This document shows, piece after piece, positions 1-13,700 of a stretch of DNA of 64,000 nt (position 1 is the first letter of the stretch; each line of letters starts with the position of its first letter). The position numbers and the translations under genes are program-made. The notes beneath the pieces are model-generated. The model did no database searches, was not told the origin of the DNA, and was given only the letters and a program-made list of their open reading frames with translations. Origin of the DNA: Tubulanus polymorphus (Eukaryota > Animalia > Nemertea); assembly GCF_964204645.1 (NCBI RefSeq), contig NC_134025.1:22610299-22674298 (forward strand), read 5' to 3'.

Positions 1-2118
1 CCTGGCCGTTATCAAATTCTAGAACTACTTTAAGCATGTCCTGCACTGTAACCAAGTTAGTTAGGTCTAAGTTTAAGTCTGTACGATCTGTTTGAAATCT
101 TGTCATGAAAGTGTGCAGCTTTTTTTCTGGTTTCAAAATGAAGCCGAATCCTGTTTATGCCGAAATCCGAATCTGTTTTTCTTGAATCCATGCTGATGTA
201 CATATCACATCCTCATCTTCGGATTGTTGAACTTTTCGGAGTCAGTGAGTGCATATTACTTGTATATATGCAAACAGCTCACATGGCAATACCGGTCTGC
301 GGTGTATTATCTATATACATACTGATTAGATATGAGCTTTGTGTTTTGGCTGAGCTATGTTCACGATTAAATGATTTTGATTTTGATAACTAAATCAATT
401 TCCGTGCTCTCATATAATAGTTGTGTAAACACTAGTTTTACTGAATGAGTTAGCCGGAGACCAGGCAGCTTGAGTCACGCACACGCGCGCTCGCACACTG
501 CGGGCAGGAGCGGAGAATTCCTCACAATCCGTGTCTGTTTTTCCACCTATAAATATTTACGTTCGTGTTTCTGGTTGTGTTCTTTGCGCGTCGGTATATA
601 AAATCTCGGACGATCTGTTACGCATATGGCGCGGTGGCGGCGTAGTAGCGTAAACCAGTGGAATTTAGATATCTCCGAGATGAGGAATGGCTGAATTATT
701 GGTAGCAATCATCGGTTTTCAATGAGGAAACTCCCTTAGATGTAAATAGCGTGCGGCGTGTAAGATTGCATACCATCGGCTCCTGGTGTTATACGTGCTT
801 AGCTGCCTTCACGATTGGACACAGTGTTTTCCACAACAGGTTTTAGAGGGGCGGCCACCCCTTTCATTTTTACATGTACCCCTCTGAAAATCAGCCACCC
901 CTTATGAAATATATGCTACTCCTACCAGAGTGGATGTCACCAAAATATGGCTTGAATTTTCTGTAGTTTTTGGGATCAAAGGCTTAGCTTTTGCCGAAAT
1001 CCGAAAAAAAGGACTTTTAAAAAGGACTTTTTTGTATCCCTCAACTTACTGAGGACCTGTCGGGGATAGGCCTATTATATGATCTTGAAACAGGGATTAT
1101 CCCTGTTATTTATTTGATTGGTATGTAGATTTGGTTTGATTTGGTATCCCTTACAAACCCACCACACAGCGAAACAGGTTCGATTTTGAAATCACTAATC
1201 AAAGTATTAAGATAGTTGTGTGATAGGCAGTCAAAATTACAGGAATTTTTTGTTTAAATCGTAGTACGTAATCGAAAATATCGGTTCCAGCTCGTGGAAA
1301 CAATCGTCCAACCAGCCTGAACCGGCAAGCGGTTGAAGAGGTTCGACGTCTCCTTATAAAGAAAGAGAACCCTTGACCAAGAAACGCCGACGAATTGAAC
1401 CATGGATTGATGGTGACTCGTGCGAAAGCGTCAAATGCACTCTTATCAGCTCGAAAGTTCCTTCCATAAACTCTTATTAGTCACCCAAACCGGACAGCGG
1501 CAACCCCTTAAACGTTTTAGATTTGTCAAAATAATGCAAATAAATTATTCTGCTATTCGCACTTTTTGCTGCGATTATCAAAGATCTCGAGGCCTGTCCG
1601 ATCTAGATATATTGAGCCCGAGTGCGACGACCGTGGATTAGTCAGAGCTCGCGCGCGCGTTTTATCAGCGATGAAATGCGCTTAATCTCTCTCCACTAGT
1701 TGCTGGTGACATGATTTTGTTGCTGATTCATCATCACAAGGGTCGGACATTGAAACGGAGATCGGCTTTAGATTATACGGCGGTGATTCAGTCGGGTTCA
1801 TCGGCGGGTTCAGTCAAGTGGAGCGAGAACTTCGCGTCTGGAAATGGCGTTGGAAATTGCACGGTTTTCAGAATGCGCTTTTTCAGTTTACCGATATCAG
1901 GAAGCCATTGAAAACGAGCTTCCATAGATGAACCTCCTAGAAATCAGTTTTTCGATGTTACCTTTGTCATAAAAAGCCACTTATCGAATAAATTCGCCGC
2001 AATAAACTTCCTCCTACAGGCAGCACTTTAACGGCACTCGGGGGGCGCATTTGTAAATGGGTCAAAATCGTTCGTTAAGCTATTCAATATTTTGAGTAGC
2101 GTTGCGAATGTGGAAATA

Positions 2119-2231
<113 letters not shown>

Positions 2232-3375
2232 AAGCTTCCTTCATAGCATTTCTATAAATAAGTCAACCGTGTTTAATTAAATAAATAGATTTCATTTCAA
2301 TGAGCTGGTGCTCTCGTTCAGTTTAAGGGCATGTAAATTTTGATTTTGAGCGTGTTCGTTCGTATTGTAGATACTTGTCGAGGTCTATCGCAATACACCT
2401 GTTAAACTCTTGAATTCAGTTCCACACAGCTATGTTACTGCGGATCTCGCGGCGGCAGATCTAAGATTTCTTCAAAGAAGAAGGGCAACCATTATGCTTC
2501 ATAGCTGGCCCAGTAAACTTTGCATATCTAAACTTATTTCAGACTTTTCGGGGCATCTGAGGAATGGAAAGTGTGAGACTATAGATGTATTCATCGAAGC
2601 ATGTTTTTAAAAATGGGGCCAGGAAAAAAGGCACATGGAAAGTTTTAAGGGGTGGTGCGCACCCCCTGAACCCCTCTGGATCCGCCCCTGACTTAGTCAT
2701 AGGGAATCATTTTAGATGGAACCATGAACTAATGATTTGTTACTGAAGTTTCAATGAAAACTCTTCAAGTTAGAGCCAAATAGAGGCCTGTACACTTTCG
2801 TGATTAAGCCGGATCATCCCTTCATTCAGGCTTGTGATCCAACACAATTGGGAGAGTGTGAACTTGATCTTAGCGTTTAAAAATTATCGGACTGGTTGAT
2901 AAAGCAAAGAACTGCGAAAGTGTGGTGGGCTTTAAAATCAATAGATTATCATCAGATTCAGTGTATCCAATGTATCCTGGTATAACTGTCGTCGTGTTAG
3001 TGTAACCTCCACCGATCGAAATATCGGTCCAAATAATCGTCGATATTCAACAGGCCGATCAATCATATACGTAAATCGTGATAGTGTTCGGTTTGGTGAG
3101 TAATCAGATCAATGCATCACCAGTTCAGTAAAAATCTAATTACACACGAGATACTCGTTTCACCGGGGCAATACGTCAAGTATTCTATACCCGGGCGTAT
3201 ACAGGGAATCTCGAGACGTTAATGAAATTATGTCGAAGGGTACTAGCATCTCGTGTTGGTGTATGAAGCTTTTAACGTTACCTAACATAAGGTGGTCAAA
3301 GTGTGCCGGAACATGGTCGTAGTGCAAGTAGATGTCTTATTGCATTTATTGGTTGTGAATCATTATTGACTGTAT

Positions 3376-3693
3376 AGCCGCGATCTCACATGAGCATTTT
3401 TGGCCCGTGCCAAATTTGGCCTGGAACGACTATTCACGCGGGTGCCAAATGGGCCCGAGCCTGTTTGGCCTGACCAAAAATGTCAAACCAGGCCCATGCC
3501 AAATTTTAGCACCAGATGTTTGAATTTCAACTGGCACCGTAAATGATCCACTTCGCTTTGTTTGTGCATTGTTTAGTATCGAGTGAATGGTTTGCGTGTG
3601 AACGCGCTCTCTAATAAGCATGGGCCAAATTTGGCCTGAGCCTGATCCGTGCCAATTTAGCCCGGGCTAAATCGTATCCGTGTGATCGCGGCT
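3376..3693. mobile_element. MITE family A (PIF/Harbinger-like, 3-bp TSD), copy 1
   Basis: TIR AGCCGCGATC..GATCGCGGCT, flanked by TAT/TAT, with internal GGCCCG/GCCAAATT subrepeats. Confidence 0.8.
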
Positions 3694-3800
3694 TATATCT
3701 GTATGGTGCTCCAATGCAGGGTCAGAATCTGATAACATTGTGAGACTCTGCTATTTCCTTAACTTGCAAGGTCTTTCAAGGGTTTGAAGCTGATGGCATA

Positions 3801-4211
3801 AGCCTAACTCAGGTTTCACTAAGATCCGATCTGATCCAATCGTCTTCTGTCTTATGAACACTGATGTTACATCATGAGGTCGAGTCGCCGATTCCACCAA
3901 GACTTGTTCTTCAGATCTTAGCTACACTCAAGTCGCCTGAGATCGACGATGATTTTGCACCGAACGCTTTAAGTCATGTGATATGTACATCGCTCGCTAC
4001 GACCTTACGATCGTTCGTAAGTACGCTCGGGTCACATAAGATCTGATCCAAATGTCATAAGACATAGAACATGTCCGATCGGCTTACACGACTGATTTGC
4101 GATCAGTTTTAACGATCTTAAGTGCACTCACGTTGCAAAAATTCCCCGACTGAAAAATCGGCGACTGGTTTCCGACGATCGGGTCAGATCTTATGCAATC
4201 TGAGTTAGGCT
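3801..4211. mobile_element. MITE family B, copy 1
   Basis: TIR AGCCTAACTCAG..CTGAGTTAGGCT with internal TAAGATCCGATC/GATCTTA motifs. Confidence 0.75.
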
Positions 4212-5866
4212 TTATGTGACTGCGACATTGCTCTCACGCTCCACAGATAGCGTTGTTCTACTCTTTGCAGTGCAACGATTTCAAAACTGGTAATATTGTG
4301 AAACTTTGTAACAATCTTCCCCAGCTGCCGGTATTCTTACCTGGCTCAGCCATGTGACTTGTAGACAAGTGATCAGTGACGGTTACTAAAAGGAGAATGA
4401 ATCTGAACCTCCATTACGAGAAGTGGCTGTGTCGCAGTGTCAGCCTCGACAGTAGACTGGCTGAGTGATTGATCGACTAGTTCCCAGACAGATCAACTAT
4501 AACTGTCTGACTGAAAAATCAGCCGGAACAGCTCTCTCTAATAGCCTTATCATCTCGAAAACTGAAGAAATACTAAGAAACTGGTGAAAATATAGATAAC
4601 CATTTTTCGACTAGATCACTATTTATTCGTAGACCTTTCTAGGATTCTATCAGCTGCAATGCAACTGGATTCAGTTCCACAGATGAGTTAGAGTTAACTC
4701 TGAGTTAACATTAGTTCATTTTCGACGAGTTAACTCTGAGTCGAGTCTAACACAGAACTGCGGAATTGGGTCCTGTTATAAATCACGTCTAGCATATTAA
4801 CATAGATGTTCTAGTATTTTAAATTTACAACCGATGTCTCGTGCCGCAGCATGCGGTAAGAGCTACTTCAAATATGTCATATTACTCGGTCCCTGTCTAC
4901 GATGAGATGACGACAATGTCGACGTCGTCGTCGTTTTCGTTTGCAATATTTTCTAGACCGACATATTAGTGTACAGTTCGCAAACTAGATTGATTAGCGG
5001 CATCTTGCTGATTAGAAAATAATACAAGGGGATGATTCATCTTGCAAATAATCGTAGGCACTATATACCACCGCTGTGGCCGCGGTGCCATCGATGTGGC
5101 AAGCTGACTGACATTAAATGATCTAAAATACATATGATTAAGTCTGATGTATTACTAGATATAGCCGGATCGTTCGGAATGTAACTCGACGGCCTCCTGT
5201 GACATCTATTTGTTTAGTTGTCATTCTGCTCAATTAACGCGTATAAAAACTAGCATTTTATGGAAGTTTTTTCCCCGCGTATGTCCGAGCGAAATATGGG
5301 GTTAATTCCAACGATTATCGGCACAAACTCTGATTCCCGGTGTCGTGGAAAATATCTTGTTGATTACCATTGAAGAAACGCTATTCGGTGTTGTGACGAT
5401 GAATAGAGAATCCCGCGCTGATATGACGAAAGATGAAGTCCAAAGAGTTTCCTTAAAGCTAGAAATTAATTGATTTGACGTTTTGACCGGTGTCACGGTA
5501 TCATATATATCTCTGCAAGTTTCCTTCCCCCATTTCTCAAAGACTCTTTTCCAAACCGAAGTTTTACATAGCCTACAATTTAGGATATTACAATATAGAT
5601 CATCCGAAAGAACCTAACCTAACTTGCGGCACAAATATATTTGAACAGTGTTGTTACATGTCAACTATTCAATACTGTATCTAGGATAGTACACGATTAT
5701 GCAATCTCATTATACCAGGGAAAAAACAACAGCAGCCTGTTCGCACAGTAAATAACTTGCACCTATTTACGTCACGTCGATGCATTTCTGTTAACCTTCT
5801 TCTATACGCTTGTAATTGTTTAGGTATCAATGGCTATGTGGTGGTTCTTGAAAACCAGCATATATA

Positions 5867-6161
5867 AGCTGCGATCAGATGATCTGGCCCCGGCCAAATT
5901 GGCATGGATCAGGCCCACGATCAAGTCAAATTTGGCCTGTGCCAAATGAAAGAGCACGTTCACGTTTAAACCACCTTTAAACCACTCGATACTGAATAAT
6001 GCTTAAACGAGTGAAACACTCCCGGAACCAGTTGCAATAAGTTGACCCGCGCTAGAATTTGGCTCGGGCCTGGTGCGACGTTTTTGGTTTTTGACACCCG
6101 CGTGAACAGTTGTTCCGCGTCGAACTTGGCACGGGCCAAAAAGGCTCGCGCAATCGCGGCT
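5867..6161. mobile_element. MITE family A, copy 2
   Basis: AGCTGCGATC..AATCGCGGCT; shares the ACTCGATACT/TTTGGC core with copy 1 in the opposite orientation; flanks ATA/TTA. Confidence 0.75.
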
Positions 6162-6702
6162 TTAGTCACGGCGCTTCCTGGAGATATTTTCTTGCATACT
6201 AGTGATGCATCTTATTTAACTGTGTGATGCTTTTCATTTGCTATGTTCCTCATCCTCGTGTCGAGGTTCATTTCTCCTTCCAGCTGATCATCCATCTTCA
6301 GACAGTAAATGTATATATATATATATATATATGTAAATATCCATCCGATATGAATGTATATTGATTGTGCGAACGTTAAAATCCCCCGATGCGGCTGCGG
6401 TGTGTAAACAAGTCAGACAAGTCGCGTTCAGAGCGTCGCACTTCGTGTCTGACCAGTGACAGCGCCGGTTCGTCGACGAAGACACAATACTTCAAATGAA
6501 TACCCTAGGCCGTAATAGAAATGATTTGGTATATATGCTAGAGATCGAGACGTAGAAATAAGCGTCTTTTCATGTATTGTTGAGAATATCCGCTTTATCT
6601 GTTTTTATGTTCGTATCAATTATATTGCGGGCACAAGACTGGCCCCAGTTATTGAGCTGGAAAGCCCAGTTTCGCCGTTGGAGTGCTTTCATCGAAATGA
6701 AA

Positions 6703-6900
6703 GAGAGGCAAGTGGCTGATTGGTTTAAGCCGCCGGTCACTGGTCTCGTCAATCCAGGGTTTATGGGTTCAAACCCTTGTGACGACAGAGTTTCTTGGTC
6801 GAAGGTTCTTCTCTGGTCTCTCCCCCATCGGGAAAAAGAAACATCGAACCCGCTTATAATGCCCACTGCGTGGCGCTTAGCGGGAAAAATCGAAATGAAA
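6703..6900 (+). mobile_element. tRNA-derived SINE-like element
   Basis: Pol III A box TGGCTGATTGG (6713-6723) and B box GGTTCAAACCC (6766-6776), followed by about 120 nt of body ending A-rich. No proper acceptor stem or cloverleaf. Confidence 0.5.
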
Positions 6901-7785
6901 ATACGATCCTGAATTATGAATCTGTTCCACATTATGAGAGGTTTCTTAAAATAGGCTGAATGTAGACTTTTATCCCCGATGTAGGACATACAACATCGGT
7001 AGAAAGTTAAGAGACGAAAAAATGCGCTTGGCTGATTTATGAAATGTCACAGATACAGATGGATCTAGCGGTTGCCGATATATTAAGGCCACAATTACAC
7101 GGATACTGGTATTTTTCGCTTCATGACAAGCGCGTTGCAATAAATGTAAATTGGTCCGTTGTTAGTGACTGTGTCAATATGAGAAGTAATTGATATAGCG
7201 ATGGATGGTGTCGAGTTTGGCCTACAATAAATATGTACGCGTCGGGGCGAAGAGCATCTGAAGGGTTTCAATTGTAACTCGGGGGTGTGTAAGGGATTTC
7301 AGTGCTAGGCTATGATATGGTGATGGGTTGAGTGAAACAACAGAAATGAAAGACAGGATGAAAGAGAATTTGTTTTATAGATTTCAGTCAGGAGAAGAGT
7401 AACGGTACCTGACCCTGACCCCATCCTAATGCCTGAACCCAACACTCCCCGAGCCATCAAACCCCCGAAAATATTGGTTATGGTAGACCTAGCTAAAAAA
7501 GAAGGTCACGTTCAGAAAATTCAGGAAAATGCTAAAAAAAGATATTCAATTTGATTGAAGTTGAAATTTGTTGTCTCGATATTTAAGTCAAAATGACTTC
7601 AGTCCGTGAATGTGCATTATGTCAAAAAACCGTCAGTCCTTTATGTTAATAGTAATGTTAATAGTAAATGTTAATAGTAACTGTATCTACTAACTGGTCC
7701 TTTTTATAATATGTAAATTCTCCCTTATCAATTATTTTGGTGAACTGATGATATATTCATAAATGCGCTTGTATGTCGTTTACAG

Positions 7786-10700
7786 AAATAGCGATGGACT
7801 GGTCGGACCACGCCCTTTGGTGGCCGGACAAGAACATGTGGTTGAAACATACTCGGTCGACGTTGGATCAGTGCGGCGTTCAGGCCGATGCGAAGCTGCA
7901 GTTTACACCTATGCATAAAATCGTCAGCGTTCAACTGCCCGACTTACAAGTACGCGAAATGAGAGTGGACTTTTCGGTGGATGTTTTTAAATCGATCATT
8001 CAAGTTAGCAAAGAATTAGGTAAGAATACTTTAGCATTCAATATTTTTGCTGCTTACTCCCATAAAAGAGATGTTTTCTTTTGTATGGAACGCCTTCGGA
8101 CCACTAGATTGACCATCGCCACGTATAGATGAAACTGGGGTGTACTCTTTTATGACCTCTGAAGTCTCCAGCCAAAATCTCCAGTTTGTCTCCACCCAAA
8201 ATCCGAATCACACCACCTCGACGGAAAGGAGGTTTTGGACTCTTATGTGACAGGCCCATGATGCTTTGGGTGCACCTCCCCACAAGATCCCAAGTTCCAC
8301 TTTTTGGTCTTAAGAAAATTTTCAATGATTTTGTAATATGAAATATTCTCTAACATTGGCTGGAAATGCATCTTAAACGCTTAAAATATTCAAAATTTTC
8401 TTGGAGGACCCCAAACCCCTCGCAGGGGACTTCACACCGACAGCGCTCGCGATCACCAGCTACACCATCAAATAAGTTCCAGCTCATCTAAATTTGCACC
8501 CACGCAAAAGAGAGTCTGCATACGGGCCTGCGTGACCAATGATAGACTACGATTGAAGGCAAACTGATTTTCCGTTCTGTTACTGTCCATTTTCCGGAAG
8601 GGGCGGTAGAAACCTGCTGCTTTTCCTAAAAACCGGGTTAACACCTATATGACTAACGGCCACCGTTTCGTACAAATTTATGCCGAATAACGGATATATT
8701 CATCGCAATAAATATCCTTTCATTTCTACATAGTGGGTGAGAATGAGCAACTATAGCTCTCATCGGAACGTAAGCGTGAACATGCCCACATTGAATCATC
8801 GTGGTTACGTGTGGTTGTTTACGAATATTCAAATGTCCGGCGCTCACTGTATCCACACAATAGTTTATTCTATTATGTTTACGGATACAGGATATTATCA
8901 ATAAATAGTAATCTAGTTGCGGCTCATGAACGTAGAATCATGAACGTTAAATTACACAATAATGTTAATGTTAAATTCATGAGTACCACCCGTTAGTGTA
9001 ACGCATATTTCATTCATAAACCATATTCCGGTTGTTGGAATGCACGCCCCGGCCAACTACGGATTCAGGAATTCATGCGGCTAGTAAAACGTAGATGTTT
9101 GCGGTGATAGTAGTAGTAAACAGAATCACACTTTAATCAGATTCGTTTCATCCTAGCATTCCTCCGCTTTTCTCGATACTACTATAGCGCGATATCTATG
9201 ATAAAGCATGTCGACTGAATAGTGCCCCTTCCAGACATAATTTGTTTGCTATATATTCATGAATTTTGGCTGGCAGGATGAAGTTGAATCACAACATTGG
9301 CAAATTGCTGCCCATCGTATCGAATATAAACTCAGGGCGGCCCGTTCCAAACAATCTGTTTTAAAAATTCAGTCAGCAGTTCAGTTTCTTCATTTGTTCA
9401 TTAATCTATCATTTGACCATCCTCCCTGGGCAGGGATTCAAACCTGATGGCATTACTAGACTCGGCCACGGCGCCAAACCCTGCCACACTAGACGGGGTG
9501 TGCAGGTTTGCCGAACGAAAAAATCAGCAGCACCAATGTGATTGCATGTTGTATGATTGCTGAGGCAAATTTCTTGGATAGACTCTAAACTGCACACTCG
9601 GGCTGGTATGGCAGGGTTTTGTACCATGAGTTTCGATGCCATCAGATTCAAATCCCTGCCCAGGGAGGATATAGTTGGACTAAAATCCGAATTTTTGTAC
9701 TCGGCTCACAATTTTCAAACCTCACCACTGCCTCCTACATCGTTATCGCATTCGATCTGATTTCAGGTATCCGACATCCGGAAGAATTGTCGTTTCATCG
9801 AAAGCTCGAAAAAGAGGATTTGAAACGCAACAATAACCTAGCGAAGGGAATCGTGCGTAAGAAAAAACGTGATCCGAGCAATCAGAACCGCACGTCGAAC
9901 GGCTCGAATTTGAGTAATAACAGCGGTAATTTAAACGGCGATGGATCGGGAAGTCCGTATATATCGCGATCTCCAGCCACACCCTCCACACCACAGGTTT
10001 GTTTATGCAGCATACATATCTATTTTATATTGGGAGTTTGTATCAGAATTATTGCCTAACTCGGGTCGCACTTTTAAGATCCGATCCGATTGTCTGCAAT
10101 TCGGTCTTAAGAACACTCATGTTAGACTGGTTTGTCCATCGGATCTTAGCTACACCGGGTCACCTGAGATCCATGATCATTTTTGCCCGATTGCTTATAT
10201 GATGTGTACATCACCGTTCATTGGCTACGAACTTACGATCGGTCATTAGTACACCCAGGTCACATAAGATCCGATCCGATTGTTGTAAGACATAGAACAT
10301 GTCTGATCAGCTAATGACTGGACTGCGATCTTAAGTACACTCGTGTCGCAAAAATTCCCGATCTGAGTTTAGCTTAAATGGTGATGATTTCTGAAGAAAT
10401 TCTACCCTGGTTAAGAGCAATATGATAGCTGTATTTGTGTTAAAATAAGTTCATTTCATATATTAGGCTATAACTTAGTCAAATCTTAACTGACTATTAT
10501 GAGACCTGTATTTCGTCTACTATAAGCTCAGGGACAACCCAGACATCAATCTGTTGCCGGGACCCAGCCTCTTAAGAAGTTTCTTATACAATTCTTCAAA
10601 TCTTGCCCGTATAAGCTTGCTTCGCTATATCCATCGCGTCACTGTCCAACGCAGGTTTTGCTAGCATGATCGATTTTGTTCTTCATTTTAGGGAACTCTC

Positions 10701-13700
10701 CTACGGACGCCTGGTACGCCGGGTAGCAGCCCGTGGTCTACCTACAACGGTACAATGTCTCCGAGTTCAGTCCACAGTTTGTCATTTGTCGACGCTACGG
10801 ATTACCAACTAGTCAACAGTCCTCTGACTCCTACACGGGTCGCTCTCGATGTTCTTCCACGCCCAAAGTCGTTTTCGGAAAAAGCTCGAATCAACGGAAG
10901 GTAAGTTACACGAGTGAGTGACATAAAAACGCAACCAAAATACATCCTCATACGCGGTATAGGAATTCCAAGCGTGTGCATTCATTGCCTTGGCTGTTTT
11001 TGTTGGAAGCTCATATTTTGTTGCGGAGAAGTCAATGAGATGATGCCAGTACAGTTGGAATTTGTGTTTTCTACCAATAAACCATCAGCTGGTCAGGCGA
11101 AGAATGCCTAAGCTTAATAGAATAATATTCATTCTGCCAATCGTATCTATGGCGGTTTAGTTTTAGTTTAGGTAGTAAGAGACATTATAATCGGCTGGCT
11201 CATCGTGAGTTTGGGATATTCACTGATATTTTTTTATTTCATCGTTTTCAGTTGGATGGATTCCTCGCGGTCTCTATACGAACAGGAAATTCGCGAGAAT
11301 GACGTTGTTTGTTTGAGATACAAATTCTTCACATTTTATGACTTAAATCCTAAGGTAACTGAAAAAATATAGGTATCTGCTCCAGTTTCTAAGTATCCAG
11401 CCATTGTGTTAACCGATGTAACAGCTATAAGTGGACGTGAAGAAAACATTTGGGGGGGACTGGAAGTGAACAAAATTTTAGCCATTCAGTAAGCGGGGAT
11501 TTTTATACAGGCTATTATAAACAGTGAAAAAATGTGTATACATATAAAGTGGCTCAGTTGATACATCACATGTCTAGCACACAGATCAGAGGTTCAAGCT
11601 CAACATGGGAATTATTATATTTTTCTCATGGAATTGATGGCGGCAGATATAAAGTTTTTATATCGTAATGTTTTATTTCAGTATGACGCCATCAGAATAA
11701 ACCAGATTTATGGACAAGCGAAATGGGCGCTTATCTCAGAAGAGATCGACTGTACTGAAGAAGAAATGATTATGTTCGCTGCATTACAGGTTTGTATATA
11801 CGGAACACAGTATTGTGATGTGAAACGCCTGATAGAAAAGTAGAGCACATGGATGAAAGAATGCAAAGATTTGATCTAACTGAATACTATTTTCTATAAG
11901 TCTGTATCTTGACTATGATCTGCTTCCGCCTTCTAAATAAGAAAAACATCTGGAACACAAACTGAAAAAGATTTTTAGTCCGCATGAAATATCGGGTTTT
12001 AATATCAGATCTGATCATACCTACCGCGCAGTTAAAAGAAAACCCGCGTTTCCGCGCATTCTTTCTCTATCTCTTACGTAAATATCAACCTATGCCGTGA
12101 TCTTATTTTTTACTGTCACGTTGTTTTCGCAGCTTCAAGTGAGTCTACAGTCGAAAGAGCCGCAAAATGATACCCTCGACAATAATCACATGGAGGAAGA
12201 CGACATTGATGCCGCTCTAACCGATCTACAAATATCGTTGGAAGGGACGAGCGTTTCGTCTCCCGGTGATATTACGCATATACCAGAATTGTCGGACTAC
12301 CTCAAATTTTTTAAGTAAGTAGTATTTTTTTGCCGCCGCCGGAAATATGTCTGGGTGAATAAGCAATGAATCATACCTGACGATCATGGAGTGGTTCGAC
12401 TGGTCTAGCGTTTTGCGACGAACGCAAGGCACGAGAACTAAGAAAAGTTATATTTGGATCCGCTGTGTAAGGTCTTGTAACCAGCTGTAGTACGGTGTAC
12501 TTCGGAAGAGAGTAATGGTTATTCAGTTTTCGCTACGCTGAAATATTTACGCGCCGAGTAAAACATTCATCGGGAATTTTTTCACGTTTCAGGCCGAAGA
12601 AGTTTACATTAAAAAGTTTCAAGCGGTGTTGGTTTACGTTTAAAGACACGCACGTTGCTGTTTACAAAAGTAAAGAAGATGCAAACGGTACCGCGTTGAT
12701 GAGAGTCAATCTCAAAGGTGAATAAAAGATCCCTATCTAATCACTATTTGACCACTGTTGTTGACATAGTATACTTTTTCTAATATCAAAGGGTTATGAA
12801 ATGAGATTTTTAAAAGTACTGTACATAAGTTATATCTGGCGCTTGATTAATGAACTATTACTACAAAATGATTAATGAACTATTAACCCTTTCAGTGCAT
12901 CTACACCGCAGTGCGGTGTACGAATCAGTGATGGATTTTGCTAGTACACCGCACTGTGGTGTATTGATTTAATTAGTAATTACTAATTATCTCTTCTGAA
13001 AGATGGCAGCACCTGTCAAACATAGTGAAATGTTAGTAATTAACGATATACCGCGCCAGGGTGTAGACGCACTATAGTGCTATTCCCGTTATTCAACACA
13101 ATAGAGTGGAATTTTTCAGAATTTTCAAATTATCTTCAGCACTATAGGGTATTAATTAGCCAGCACTGAAAGGGTTAAATATGAAAGACCTGCTATTGCT
13201 TGCTTATGTTCATTTCTTATTGGCTGTCAGCAGACATTTCAAAACACCAATCGTTATTACATTTTCTAGTATTAAGTCACTCTATTTACCAATCGACAAT
13301 AAAATATCTTAAAAATCTCTCGAAACTGTCAGAAAAATTAATCAGTTTATGATTCGTATGTGTTCAGGTACTGTGCAACACGTAAACAAGCGCGATACAG
13401 ACGGTGTGCATGTAATCAATGAATCTTGTTTTTCAGGCTGTGAAGTATCACCAGATGTGAATATAACTAATCAGAAGTATGGAATCAAACTGTTCGTGCC
13501 TTCATCAGATGGAATGAATGAGGTCTGGATCAGATGCGATACAGTAAGTATTAATTCTTGTTCACTGATGGCAGCACCTCCTTCTAATCAATCCCTTTCT
13601 ATTAGTAATACACTCTAGTATTGTAATATACATGTACAGTGCATGAAGGGTCTTGGCCTTGCTACCGTTAAACTGCATGAATGATTTCACTTGCTGAAGT

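Noticed and set aside
6703-6790. Possible tRNA gene
   Set aside because: A and B boxes are present but no acceptor or anticodon stems can be formed; treated as SINE-like.
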